Part shown: positions 13,957 through 28,060 of the stretch, in pieces
Position numbering within the stretch: the first letter of the stretch is position 1
Layout: the number at the start of each line of letters is the position of its first letter
DNA from: the human T2T-CHM13v2.0 reference genome, Homo sapiens
Strand: one strand, 5' to 3'
DNA length: 64,000 bases
Assembly: GCF_009914755.1 (NCBI RefSeq)
Contig: NC_060931.1
The notes under the pieces: generated by a model
Seen by the model: only the letters and a program-made list of their open reading frames with translations
Told to the model about the DNA's origin: nothing
Database searches by the model: none
Translations under genes and position numbers: made by a program

Positions 13957-14188
13957 TCATACATGCTATTTTTAAGTACTGTCATTTTTTTTTCCTGGTC
14001 CCTGCCTTTTTTGTACATGTAAGCCTTGCCCTACCGCATCCCATACTTTACCTCATCCAGGGAATACATAACTTAATAAGCTCATATACACCCATCAATA
14101 CTTTCCATGTTTATGTCTGGGTGTGTGTGTGTCTCTATCTAGACAGACACTGTGATTGTTTAACAACAGTGTAATCATATCACATGTA

Positions 14189-14825
14189 CAGTCGGCTGGC
14201 CCTCTGTATCCCCTAATACCATATTCTCAGATTCAACCAACTGCATGCAGATCAAAAATATTTGGAAGAATAAAGAATAACAATAAGAAAATTTAATACA
14301 TGTAAAAACCAACATAGTATAACAACTATGTGCGTAGCATTTCCATTGTATGAGGTATTATAAGTAACCTAGAAATGATTTAAAGCACAGAAGGTCCCTG
14401 ATTTACCATGATTCAACTCACCAAGTTTTCAACTGTATGATGGGTTTATTAGGATGTAGCCCCACGTTAAGTCAAGAAGCTCCTTAAGACTTTGATGGGA
14501 TTATGGCTTCTACTGAATGTGAATTGCTTCCGCACCATCATAAGGTCGAAAAATCATACATTAAGTGGACCCGTCGTAAGTCAAGGACTGTTGGCTGGGT
14601 TGCCAGCATTAAATGCACTTTTGACTTACAATGTTTTCAACTTACAATAGGCTTATGGGGGTGTAACCCCACAGTAAGTTGAGGAGTATCTGTATATGGG
14701 AGGAACTGCATAGGTTATATGCACATACTACACCCTACTACATGGGAACTTGAGCATCTGCAGATTTGGGTATCTGAGGGAGGGTGCCTAGAACCAAGGC
14801 CCTGCAAATACCAAGGAATGATGAG
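14189..14825. mobile_element. MER2 (Tigger-family MITE) interrupted by a MER47/Tigger5-like element (~14388-14692)
   Basis: MER2-like text (ggattcaaccaac...gtattataagtaa..agaaatgatttaaag / ggaggaactgcataggttatatgca) is split by an element ending gtaagttgaggagtatctg. Confidence 0.65.
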
Positions 14826-15008
14826 TTTTCTGCACGTTGCTATTCTCACACAAATGAGATCTGGTGATCCTTCCATGTCACCTTCTTATGCTCTAATTCA
14901 CTACTCACTATGGCTTTCTAGTTTTCTACCACTGTGAACAATGTTGAATTAAATATTGTTACACATACGTCATTCTGATGGATAGATCCTGAGGAGTAAG
15001 GTTGCTGA

Positions 15009-15323
<315 letters not shown>

Positions 15324-16074
15324 GTTTTTTATTTTGATGTGCTGACATATTGTTTTGTAAAAAGAAGACACTCCACTGTTATTTGTATCTGCAACCATAA
15401 CGGTACCCTCTTCCCTGCATCTCCTAGGGTCTAACAGTTATGTTAATGAGCTGTCCTCAAAAGCATGGGCCATTTTCTTTTTTCTCTCTTAGTCCCTCAT
15501 CCCTGGACTCTTATGGGGAAGAATACGAGTACATTTAGGTCAGATGCTGGTCACCTCCCTGTGGATTTGGAGATAATTCCAACAGAAATTGGACTCTGAA
15601 GGAAAAAATGGGTCTAAGTTATGAGCAGACAGAAAGAGAACAGGACTCAGGTCAGTGCAAGCCCAGAGTACCTCTAATGGCCCTCTAACGATTTCTTAAT
15701 GATTGTCTCTCAGCCTACGCCACGGGGTTGGGAAACCTGCAAATGACAATTCCTAAACTCATACGCCAATTGGCTTCCTGTTAGAGTTCTTCAATGGAGA
15801 GCATGGACTGTAGATTGAAAGGCAGAAGGAAATCTCTTCTGTTTCTTGCTCCACCTAGTATTTCTCCAGGAGCAGAAGACACCTATGACTCCAGCCTCCA
15901 GCTTTCCTTAGCATGCACAGCACACGTGGAGCCACACCTCCTGAGAGGTCCCAGCACAGATGCGCAGTGCCTCCCTCAGCGATCTGAGCACTGGCTGTGC
16001 AGGGACCCCTCCTGCAGGCTCCCATGGTTTTGCTCATTCTGCTTCTCTTGCTTTGTTACCCTAGCCCTAAGGAA

Positions 16075-16610
16075 GGGTGGCAGGCAGCCTCTAAGATAGT
16101 CCCCAGTGATCCCCACCTCTTGGTATTTACAGCCTTATGCAATCCCCTCTTGCTCTTGAGTAATTTGCTTCTAAGAAAATATGGTGACATTGCAGGGCTG
16201 TCACTTCCATGGTTAGGTTACAAAGGGTTCTGACTTCCATCCTGCTAGTATACTCTCTTACTGGCTTAGATAAAGCAAGCTCACATAGTGGAGAGACCCA
16301 CATGGCTAAGAACTGAGGGGAGCCCCCAACTAACAGCCAGCAAGGTACTGAGGCCTTCAGTTCAAAACATCCCTCAAGAAATTCGATCCTGCCAACACCC
16401 ACCTGATCTTAGAGGTGGATACCTCCCCAGTCAAACCTTCAGATGAGCCCCTAACCCTGGCTGAAACCATCTCATGAGAGATTGTGACATAGAGAATCTG
16501 GTTAAGCCATGCTGGGATTCCTGACTTACAGAAGCTGTGAAATAATAAATATGTACTGTTTTAAACCATTAATTTGGGGATTTGTTCCACAGCAATAAAT
16601 CACTAATATA
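16075..16610 (+). mobile_element. MLT1 (ERVL-MaLR) solo LTR
   Basis: tggcaggcagcctctaagat...aactgagggg..gccagcaagg..gccttcag...ttgttccacagcaata..actaatata. Confidence 0.7.
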
Positions 16611-17913
16611 GGGTGTTAGTCAGGCTATTATCTATAATTACTAAATATGGGTTACCTATTCCTTTTTTACTCCTTCAGCCTTCCAACTCCTATATTACTG
16701 ATTTCCTGTCTTAAATTAGTTTGAAATACCTACATGGTCTCTTTACCCGGTAAGCCCCTAATTGGTACTTATTAGGATTCAAGCTCCAGGGTCTACTATT
16801 TAAAGCTCTCTACAATCTAATTTCAGCCTATTTCTCCAATCACTTCCCTCATGCCAGCTGACAAACATTTAATCCCAGCCAAACTAGTTTGCTCATGTCT
16901 CATGAACTTGTCTTGCATTTTTCCGTGTCCACATCTCTGCAAAGGCAATGAAATGGGGCAGGAAACATGCACTGGCTGTGGCACTAGACCTCTGTTTAAA
17001 TCTTAGCTCTAACTCCTATTAGCTATAAGACCTAAAGCAAGTCACTAGCCCTTTATAAGCCTCGGTTGTTTTCGCTGGAAAACAAGGATTAAAAAAAAAA
17101 AACCAAAAAACATTTACTTTTATTTTAGAGAATGCTGCAACAGGTACAGATAAATAGCTGGCACAATGCATAACTCCCAGAAGGTGCTGAGAAAGTGACA
17201 GACCATGGTTCTCACTGCTGCTCACACCTTTCCTGGTTCTGGAATCAGCATTCCTCACTTTCCACCTAGCCAAATACTCAGGGACTGCGTCCTCTCCTAA
17301 GGCATCTTCCCAGAGTTCTCCCTTGGACTCTTGGCATAATTTCTCTACCAGGGGAGCCCTAGGTTTCCATGGAAATATCCTGTGACCAACCACAGGAGAC
17401 AGAGAGGGAAGAGAAAGAGGAGATTCATGTTCTTAGTCATATTTGCACCCTTCCAACACCTAACGCTTTGCTGGGTGTTTTGCTAACTGTAAATAGGCAT
17501 ATTCTAGTACCAAAGCCAAAGTACTTCAGGAACAAATACAGAACGAAGTAACATCAGAAGTGTCTTAACTAAGAAATGTCATACTTCTTCATCAGACTCT
17601 TCATCTTTAGTTCAAATGTCTAGTGTTAAAATATCAGAAGCAATCAACAGAATTAAATCTATCTTTTCACAACTGGCCTATCACACACGCCTTTATACTA
17701 TGATTACAGAAGTGTCTAGAAAGCATATTGTTTAAGATAACTTGCCTTATGTTTTAAAAAAACCAAATGCTTATGTTGCAACTCTGTTCTATCAAAAGTA
17801 GACATTTTGTATGATCCAAAGACATAAATTTTTTATTCATTAAAAAGTAATCAACAGCTACTATTCCCAGATACAGATCCAGTATAGTGTAAGAAAAGCA
17901 GGGCTAACCTCAC

Positions 17914-18067
17914 CTTCATCTCAGGGTACATGTATCGGTGGATGGAAGGCAGCCAGTAGACAGGGGGCAGGCTGCTGCCTCTGCCGGGACCAGCATGGAG
18001 CACCCCCTTTTTGTCCTCATAGAAGGCAGCCAGATGAGAGTAATGTCCTGGCATCTCCAACTGGTGC
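17914..18067 (-). CDS. DENND11: DENND11 exon 4 (HQLEMPGHY...MYPEMK)
   Basis: Acceptor (TG)14TTTTTCTGCAG; donor AAG|GTGAGG; 154 nt. Confidence 0.95.
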
Positions 18068-18074
18068 CTGCAGA

Positions 18075-18078
<4 letters not shown>

Positions 18079-18106
<28 letters not shown>
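18079..18106. repeat. (CA)14 microsatellite abutting the exon 4 acceptor
   Basis: Direct read. Confidence 0.97.
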
Positions 18107-18108
<2 letters not shown>

Positions 18109-18826
18109 GAGAACAGCCCTGGTCACAGCTCTGCTACCACTCCTACCCTCCGCCCACCTCAAGGGCTGTAACACTCAGGGGCAAAGGCCCTGACATACTC
18201 CAAAGATCCCCATTTGGAGGTTGCTTAGGTCACCTCCTTTGATGTTACAGAAGATCCTTAGGAAAAGTTCAAACATGGGCCTGAAACTCCCTGACAACAC
18301 CATGGAACACATTCTTTTTCTCATGGGAAACAGACAGAATTAACAGACTATGACTAATGTCTATTGTTCTTGAGCAAGGTACGCCGGAGACTGGGTGCCA
18401 CTTCCCAGAGAATGGCTGCTTCCTGTGAGAAGGGCCAGCTTGGAAGCCTAAAATTCCCTGCTTAAAGCCGCTCTTTGTTTAGAGAACTCACGCTTGCCTG
18501 CTTGCTTTGTTGTTATGGAAGAATACGGAGCTTACCCCAAATGTCTCAAATAAGGGAAAACAATTATTATTGGATGTCATCAGGGCTCATAATTTCTGCA
18601 TCAAGTATAATAATAAAGAAATAAAAAGCATCAGAATCTCTTCTCTGCCCGCTCCACCAGCTCGGGTCACAGAGCCTGGCTGTGGCTGGCCCTGCTGGCC
18701 AACCCCAGACCCCAGAACCCAGAAGGCAGCACCGAAGCCCTGGGCCATTTCAACAGTGGAGAATCCTGCCCCCCAGTGGAGCGCAGGAGCACTGTGAGGA
18801 CTGTTTGTCACTATATTTAATGGGGA

Positions 18827-19275
18827 TGTTATAGGTTGAATTTTGTCCCCACAAAAAAGATGGGGCCCCAGCACCTCACTCAGAATGGGACTTTTTTGGA
18901 TAGCATCTTTACATAGGTAATCAAGTTAAAATGAAGTTACTGGAGTGGGCCCTGGTCCAGTATGAATGCTGTCCTTATAGAAAGGGGACTTTTGGACACA
19001 TAGACACACACATACAGCAAACAGCAGGTGAACGTGACGACAGAGACTGGGATGATGCATCTACAAGCCAAGGAACCCCAAAGATTGCCAGCATCCACCA
19101 GCAGCTCAGGGAGAGTCCTGGAACGGATTCTCCTGCATAGCCCCAGAGGGAACTCACACTGCTGAGACCTTGACTTTGGGCTTCCAGCCTCTAGAACAGT
19201 GAGACAGTATGTTTCTGCTGTTTTAAGCCACTCAGTTTTGGCACTTTGTTATGCAGCCCCGGAAAAGCCCTAATT
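18827..19275 (+). mobile_element. MLT1B/C-like LTR
   Basis: tgttataggttgaattttgtcccc...aagttaaaatgaag...ttttaagccactcagt..ggcactttgttatgcagcc. Confidence 0.75.
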
Positions 19276-19990
19276 GAGGGAGGAATAAAAAGCGACAAAA
19301 CCCTCTTAGCCCATCTTTATTTTCTCAGTGTCCTACAATTTCCATCAATCAATGAACAAAAAGCAAAATATAGCTTCACTGAGCAAGGGAAACATCCCTA
19401 ATTATGGTTGGCCCTGGAACAGCAGTGATTAAAAATAGGCACTCCCCGCTGCCACACCGCCTCTGCAAACTGCCACGGTGGCTTACCCCAAACTATGACA
19501 CAAACTGTTGAGTCAAGATTTTCATCAACCAACTATAGCCTTCTATTCTCCAACCATCTCTACTCCAGAGTGATTTACAGCTCTTATGTCAAAGTGATGA
19601 CAAGAGACCTTCAGACAAATTTATATTTTAAAAAGGAAAAAAATCATCACTATATTCATATAATGATTACTAATGTAAGATGGATGATAGCGCCAATTTC
19701 AGGGCTCCTATGCATTTTAAGTTTTGACAAGGAGGTAGTCCTACTATAACAAATATAGTCCTCCTATAACAAATAACTAGTTGGGAGGAGGTTGCTTGTA
19801 GTCACTTAGTTCACTTTTACAAATGTTCATGAGCTAGACAGGAAACCCATGGTCTAAGCTGTGTCTGACTATTCTGAGAAGATGGCAGATTTCAGATACT
19901 TTTTAGGGAAGTTTGTCAAACTGACGAAAGTCTGATTCACAGAAAATCATACAAAGGCAATTATGTTCAAAGGTGTTTTTATTAGGATGG

Positions 19991-20212
19991 AATTTCCCTA
20001 AAAAGAACACTGAGAATCATTTTATCATATTTTAATACTACATTTTCTGTGTTATAGGGGGCTGTGTCAAGGGTAATTTATATTTTTTCATTCAAAGTTG
20101 TTTCATTAGTATCAAATTTCCCTAAAAAGAATACTGAGAATCATTTTATTATATTTTTAATACTACATTTTCTGTGTTAAAGGGGGCTGTGTCAAGGGAA
20201 ATATTTTTTCAT
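19991..20212. repeat. Direct duplication of ~100 bp, period ~124 bp
   Basis: aatttccctaaaaagaa.actgagaatcatttt...gggggctgtgtcaaggg at ~19991 and ~20115. Confidence 0.9.
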
Positions 20213-20989
20213 TTTCTAGGTTTATTGTTTGCTGATTTGCTGCTCAGTTGTCTTTTCTGTTTGACTACATTAAACTCTATACTTGAACCACGATTCTAAA
20301 GAAAAGTTCAGTACAAAAGTTAGAGTCCTTTAGACAAAGAACTAATATGAGGATTCTGTCCTTTGATTGCCTCAGATATTACTGACTGATGGGACAGAAC
20401 AAGGCAATAATATGGAATCTGAACATAGACAAAAATACAAATTGGCAGTTCCTGGATGAATGTTAAGCAACTGCTGTATGAAAGACTCAAAATTTAAACA
20501 CACTACAGATTTTGCAACAAACAAGATTGTCAAACTACAATATCAAGAAAAACCAAAAAGTACTGACACAAGGCTCAGAGTGCTGGATGATAAGTTAGTC
20601 TTCAAAGATGATGTCAAAGCAGCCCTTCCTGGTGAACTTACCTACAAGAATGCAGAAATTGAGAAACCACCACACCGAAATGCATGCCAAACCACCTATG
20701 GAAACTGTCCAAGAGCCGTGACACTGTAAAAACTAGAGAATAACCGGCTCAATATATATTATTAATCAGAAGCCATAGGCTGCTGGGCCAGAGACACTGG
20801 GATTCTCCTTAAGCCCACAGCTCCTTCACTGATAAAACACAGCCATATGTGGCCATGCAGATGCCCAGTGCAACTGACCCTGCCTGTCCCTACCACACTG
20901 GCAATAATTCATCCACGATCAGAATCAGAGATGCCTTTGTGCGACAATTACACTTCATCACTCTGGTGTGTTAATTATTGGTCTGAACA

Positions 20990-21328
20990 GGCCGGGCGTG
21001 GTGGCTCACGCCTGTAATCCCAGCACTTTGGGAGGCTGAGGTGGGCGGATCGCTTGGGGCCAGAAGTTCGAGACCAGCCTGGCCAACATGGTGAAACCTG
21101 TCTCTAATAAATATCCCAGCTACTCGGGAGGCTGAGGCACGAGAATTGCTTGAACCCAGGAGGCGGAGGTTGCAGTGAACCGAGAGAGATCACGCCATTG
21201 CATCCAGCCTGGGTGACAGAGCGAGACTCTTGTCTCAAAAAAAAAAAAAATATATATATATATATATACATATATATGTGTGTGTGTGTGTATTTACATA
21301 TGTGTATATATATTTATATATATTTATA

Positions 21329-21375
<47 letters not shown>

Positions 21376-21376
21376 C
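20990..21376 (+). mobile_element. Alu with internal deletion; tail expanded into a compound (TA)n/(TG)n microsatellite (21251-21376)
   Basis: Linker and right-arm start missing (ctctaataaatatcccagctac); TSD GTCTGAACA at 20981 and 21378. Confidence 0.9.
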
Positions 21377-21798
21377 TGTCTGAACAAATCGTCTTCTAGC
21401 TCCTGGCTTTGCAAATGCAGAAAACTAAGCACTCCCATTTACTGCGGGTGCAGGGATACTGTGACACCACCTTCTGAAGGGTAACTTACAGCTTGTATTA
21501 AATTGTACATTGTACACATCCTCTGATCTAATGATTCTCCTTCTCGGAGTGAGGCCTAAAGAACTATTTCTAGACATGAACAGTCATTTACTCACAAGGA
21601 TGCTGATGTTCACAGGGGTGAAAAAAACAAGGAACACCCTAAAAGCCCAATAACAGTGAAACAGTTAAATAAATTGTGATGTATCTATATACTGAAATGC
21701 TGTGAAACCACAATAATGTTGAGGACATAATTCATGATACACCGGAAAGGTTAATATACCAAGTTACAAAATTTACATACTGAATGACCTCAATAATC

Positions 21799-22099
21799 TT
21801 TTTTTTTTTTTCTTTTGGAAATGGAGTCTCGCTCTGTTGCCCAGGCTGGAGTGCAGTGGTGCAATCTCAGCTCACCGCAACCTCCACCTCTGGGTTCAAG
21901 CGATTCTCCTGCCTCAGCTTCCCGAGTAGCTGGGACTACAGGTGCACACTGCCACGCCCAGCTAAGTTTTTGTATTTTAGTAGAGACGGGGTTTCACCGT
22001 TGTTGCTCAGGCTGGTCTCGAACTCCTGAGCTCAGGCAATCTGCCTGCCTCGGCCTCCCAAAGTGCTAGGATTACAGGCGTGAGCCACTGCGCCCGGCC
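21799..22099 (-). mobile_element. AluS element
   Basis: Reverse consensus; TSD caataatc..tttt. Confidence 0.9.
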
Positions 22100-23267
22100 A
22101 ATAATCCTTTTTAAAAAAAATAAAATAAAATAAAACGTGTATGTATAATATATATTTGCACATGGGAAAAGACTAGAATGGTATAAAACGAAATGTTAAC
22201 AGTAGATATGTCTGGCTGGTGAGATCATTTTTTTCTTTGAGCTTTTCTCTATTTTTTAAAGTTTCCTATAATAACTATTTCTTAATTTTATACTTAGTCA
22301 TTTTAAACTTTTCACTATGAACATTTTCAAACATATACACAAAATGTAGAAAGAAGAGAATGAACCCCATGTATTTATCATCTAGCTTCAATAATATTTG
22401 ATCCATATGGTTATATCTATACCCTATACCCTACCATTACCACTTTTTTCCTAGAATGTCTTAAAGAAAATCCCACCTCATAACATTTCATTGATAAGTG
22501 CTTTGTAAGGCATCTCTAACTGATAAAGTCTGTTTAAATAACGTAACACATAATCACCATGCCATTATCTCATTTAACAATAATAATGCCTTAATATAAA
22601 TATCTAGTCCACATTCAAAATACAGCCACTGTCCCCCAAATGCTATTTTACCGTTGGTTTGTTTGAATTGAGATCTGAGCAAGGTAAAATGTGGTTATGA
22701 GTCGTAGGTCCCTTTATTCAATAACAGTCCCTCTTGCCTCTAATTTAATTTTTTAAATTATGAAATAGTTCTCCAATATCTTCTGATTAAGAAATAATCA
22801 TTAAAAAGACTCTTTAGAGAGATACTGAGGGCAAAAATTGTAGATGAAATACAAGTAAATAGGTTTGGAACATCAGAAGTCAGAAGAAATATAAAACACA
22901 GATTAAGTGTTGCAGAAATGAAGACTAGTGAATTTATGTAAAAGTTGCTGCTGTATTCAAGTATTATCCTAAGCTAGACCTAAGCTTATCTAACTGTGCT
23001 TCTTTCTTTTCCTCATACTCTGTCATACAAGTCTCTTCTCTTATGTTACCTATAGCCCTCTTTAACCACCAAGCTGCAAAACCTTTCTAGCTATGACTCA
23101 AAATCTAGAAGCCATAAAAAGATGCATGAATTCAAAGAAAAACACCTACATGACAAGAAGGCAATGTTAAAAGACAAATGAAAAAGTGGTAAAATATTTT
23201 CAATTTATACAAAGAAACAAAGAAAAAATTTCCCTATTGTACAAACTCCTAGAAATTAATAAGAAAA

Positions 23268-23571
<304 letters not shown>

Positions 23572-24296
23572 TTAATAAGAAAAGGTAAACAACAAAATGT
23601 AGCAAAGGCTAGAAATGGTTCACAGAAAAAGAAATACAAATGACTCAAACATACATAAAGGTGCTTAACCTCACTTATAAGAAAAATACAAATTAAAACT
23701 ATACTGATGTACTGTTCTTTTATCCATCAGGTTAGAATGTTCAAACTTTCATTTTGTGTTGGCAACGTTGAGGTGAAACAGGCATTCTCTTGCATTACTA
23801 CTGGGCATGCAAATGGCACAACCTCTATGGGAAGCAATTTGACAGAATCTATTAAAATTACATACATATATCCTTTGAGCCATCAATTTCATTTCTGACA
23901 ATTTAATATACAGATATACCCCTCACGTGTGAAATGCATGATATTCAATGCAGCATCATTTGTAGCAGGAAATGGACTGGAAACAACCAAATGTCTATTA
24001 ATAATGAACTTGATAAATGCTATAATTCTATAGAAGGCATATGACACAGCTGAAAACAAGGAAGAAACTCTCAACCTACTGATATGAGATCTTTCATGCT
24101 GTTGAATGAAAAAGGCTAGGTGCAAAACAACAAATAACATGCTATCTTTTGCAAGAAAAGGGAGACAGTAAGAATATACATTTGTATTTGTATATATACA
24201 CATACACACACTTTGGGATGATACATGAGAAATGAACTGTGATTACTGAGATTATTTGGATGGATATGGGAACTGGGTGAAGATTTTTCACTTTAT

Positions 24297-26640
24297 GTGA
24301 GTGGTAGTCTGCCATACTCTTCTTCCTTTAGTAACAGAACCTTCCAAATTTTAGATGGACACACGGACGCCCAGCTAAAGGCCACATTTCCCAGATTGCC
24401 TTGCTACTATGTGTGCCTAGTAACCAAGAACTGGTCAATGGAATGTGAACAGAGGTGGTGTGTTCAACTTCCAGATCACTCAAGTTCCAGATCCCAGAAG
24501 TTGAACACACCACCTCTGCTCACATTCCATGGAGCCAAGGTCTTTCCCTCTTCCTACATGCTAGAAAATGACAATGTAATGGGGAGACAGCTTCTACCAT
24601 GTGGATGAGGACAACAACTCTAGAAAATGACATAATGTAAGACTGAATGACTCAGGTCCAAGAATGACCAGTGGAACAGAACCACCTACCCACAATGAAC
24701 TACTACGACTGCCATGCTGGAAAAGCTGTAATTCTATCTTACTGTGTCACTGTATTGGGGGTCTCTTCTTCATTATAGCAACTTAGCCTATACTCTAAAA
24801 GCCAAAAACGATACCTGGAAATGAGTTACTACAGTATCAAAAACCATATAGAGACACTGGCTTTGTTGCTGGAAGGGGAGGGTGGTGAGAAAATAGATAT
24901 TGCAGACTAGAAAGCTGGCAACCCTTGTTACACTTGTAGCAAAACATCTGCTAAAACTTCAATAACTTGGGAGACCCTGTGTCATCTGAATTTGTAGCTT
25001 TATGGGAAGCAGTTGGCAGTAGAATGCTGGTGTGTGTTGACTGCCCCTTGTATGCTTTTAGTGAGCTACTGTAAGAATAAGATAAAAACAAACAAGAACT
25101 GGCTGGTTTGCAAGGAAAAACGGAATAAAATACAGCCTACTAAGGGTCATGTGTTCTAAATTTGGCAATATAAATCCACTGAGATTCCAACAATTTGGGA
25201 CCCCACAGGGCTGGAAAAGCCAATGCTACTGTACACCAAAAGCAGGAGACAGGAGTCTCTCTCAGGGCATCTATGAAAGTCTCCAGTTTAGTATTCTTGG
25301 GCAGACAAGGGAGTCAGCTTATTTACAAAGATCAGATTTAGGGAATCACCTCAAGGAAGTTATTATGAAAATGAGGGAGAAAGGGATGGGCCAAAAAGAG
25401 AGGCCAGTAACTATAATCTAGTCTGCTAATTAAAAACAATGACCCAAAGAAGATCTTTGGCCATGGATATTTTACCTGGAACTGACTGGAAGCAAACAAA
25501 CCAGAAGTCAATTTAGTTTTTGAGAGACATGTATTGTCACATGCTTGGCTTATAAAAGCCTGTGACTTCTTGACCCCTTAAGAAACCACTAGACCTCCAA
25601 ATCTATACCAGCAGGAAAGGTGTTCTAAAGCTGTACAGCCTCAAGAAAGGCATGTTCTCCAATGCCCACTGTAGATGTGGTTATGGAGGAAAATGAAGAA
25701 AGAATCTTCTAGAAGACAAAGCCAAGTGCCATGGAGGACAATGGACAAGGGATTCTACACAACAGAACCAAAGTTGAGCCAAGAGCATACTGACTCTGCA
25801 ATTCTTGCTCAGCAGAATTTCACTGTTGTTATGAACTAGTGACCATCCGTATTTCTCATTCTTCCCTTTTCCAAACAGAAGCTTGTATTGTGGTTCCTAC
25901 TTTACCTCCTATATTGCATTTGGGAGGTAGGGAGTAGAGGGACTTGTCTATTCTTTTATAAGTTTTCAGGGTAAGAAGAACCATGCCCTGGCCTAACGTA
26001 AAGGACTACTGCGCACTACAGAGAAATCCTAGATTTTAGACTGGAAGCATGAACTGAATGAGACTCTGTGATGTCTCCTTTGGGGTGGGAGGAATGGCCT
26101 CTACAAGGGGGAAGAAGAGTATACATGGATACCTGAGTGGCCAGAGGGGCAAACTGAAGCAGAAGCTGCTAACTTTTTCTCAAAGTCAAGTCTTCCCTTC
26201 TTCCTGTTTGTAACCAATGCCCCAGAGTTCTAACTGGTCACAGGGTCACCCACCTAGTAGTGATGCTTCCCAGGCTACTTTGCTGTTGGGTGTGTCTCTG
26301 TGATTGAGGACTTGACAATGGAATATGAGAAGTGAGATATGTAAATTCTAGTCTTTCCTTCTTCCCTATGGGCTGAAATGCAAACATAATAGTAGTGAGC
26401 AGCTTTTAACATTTGGGAAAGAGCACCTTACAATACAAAACCATTCTTAGGATACGGTGGAATAACAAGAGATGAATGTGGGTCCCTGAACAATTGTATG
26501 GAACAGAGCAGGCTACCCAACTTGACCACCTGCCTACCTCTACGCTATGACATGAGCAATAATCTTTTATCGTAATCCGGCCATAGTAATTTTGGGCCTC
26601 TGTTCTTGCCTTTTAGCCAGGACCCTATCCAATATAATAC
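24297..26640 (+). mobile_element. Old MaLR provirus remnant: MLT1-type LTR (~24297-24795), internal region, second LTR (~26150-26640)
   Basis: Two co-oriented LTR-like blocks share (at/gc)ttcccag...caatggaat.tga motifs; internal text ggcaacccttgtta..gcaaaaca.. and ..ggccagagggg..actg is MLT-int-like. Confidence 0.6.
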
Positions 26641-27191
26641 CACCTTAAAATTTTTGGATTTTGAACCATGAAACTGTATTGCCTACTTGGAGAATTAGCT
26701 TTTTAAAAGGAATAATATTGTTTTAAAAGTGTCAAAATCCCAATAAAATGGTCTTTTTTAGAACTTCATAATATTACTTCTGAGACAAAAAAAAAAAACT
26801 GAGGAAATATTTTGAGTACAGAAAAAGACATATGTGCAAATGTATTTTCCACAGCTCCAAAAGGTAGAGGAGCAGCTAAAAAAATAAACAGTAAATAGAA
26901 ACATGCTGCATGTTCAGCCACAGAGAATAACCAAGTAAATGTATAGGACAGCTCCAGCATTGAAGAGCTATTAAAATAAGCATCAAAATGACAAACAGGG
27001 AAGACAATGGGAGAAAAACATATGCATCATGGGTATTCCTGGAGAAGAAAAAAACAGAATGCAAAAGTTAAATATTTTATTAAAGAAGAAAAAGTTCCTA
27101 AAATTAAAAATAAAAGAACTATCTATTGAGCAAAGGGGACAAACTATCCCAGAACATACTGATATGAACTAATAAATATTTGGCAAGTTCA

Positions 27192-27523
<332 letters not shown>

Positions 27524-27759
27524 TCAGAAACAGCACAGACAAAGACAGACTCTATAGGTATCTGGATGGAGAAACTTCTCCAAAACGACTAATTTCAGAT
27601 AACAGTAGAACAATATCTATAGCATCCTCAGGGGAAGAAGAAAGCATTCAAGAATTGTACAACCAGCTGAGGATAAAGGGAACAGGCCAATAGTATTAAT
27701 CATGCAAGATCCTTTCAAAGAAAGAAAAGTGCTTGATGGTAAAATTCAACCATTAAGGA

Positions 27760-28060
27760 TTTTTATTTTTTTATTTTTTAAACAGGGTCTTGCTCTATCA
27801 CTCAGGCTGGTGTGCAGTGGTGCAATCATAGCTCACTGCAGCATTGAACTTCTGGGCTCAAGCCATCCTCTCACCTCAGCCTCCTAAGTAGCTAGGACTA
27901 CAGGTGCACACCACCATGCCTGGCTAATTTTTTTGTTTTTGTAGAGTTGGAATCTTGCTTTGTTGCCCAGGCTGGTCTTGAATTCCTGGCTTCAACTGAT
28001 CCTCCTAAATTGATCCTCCTTGGCCTCCTAAAGTGCTGGGATTACAGGCGTGAGCCACCA
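27760..28060 (-). mobile_element. AluJ element
   Basis: atcatagctcactgcagc..gggctcaagc is J-type. Confidence 0.85.
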
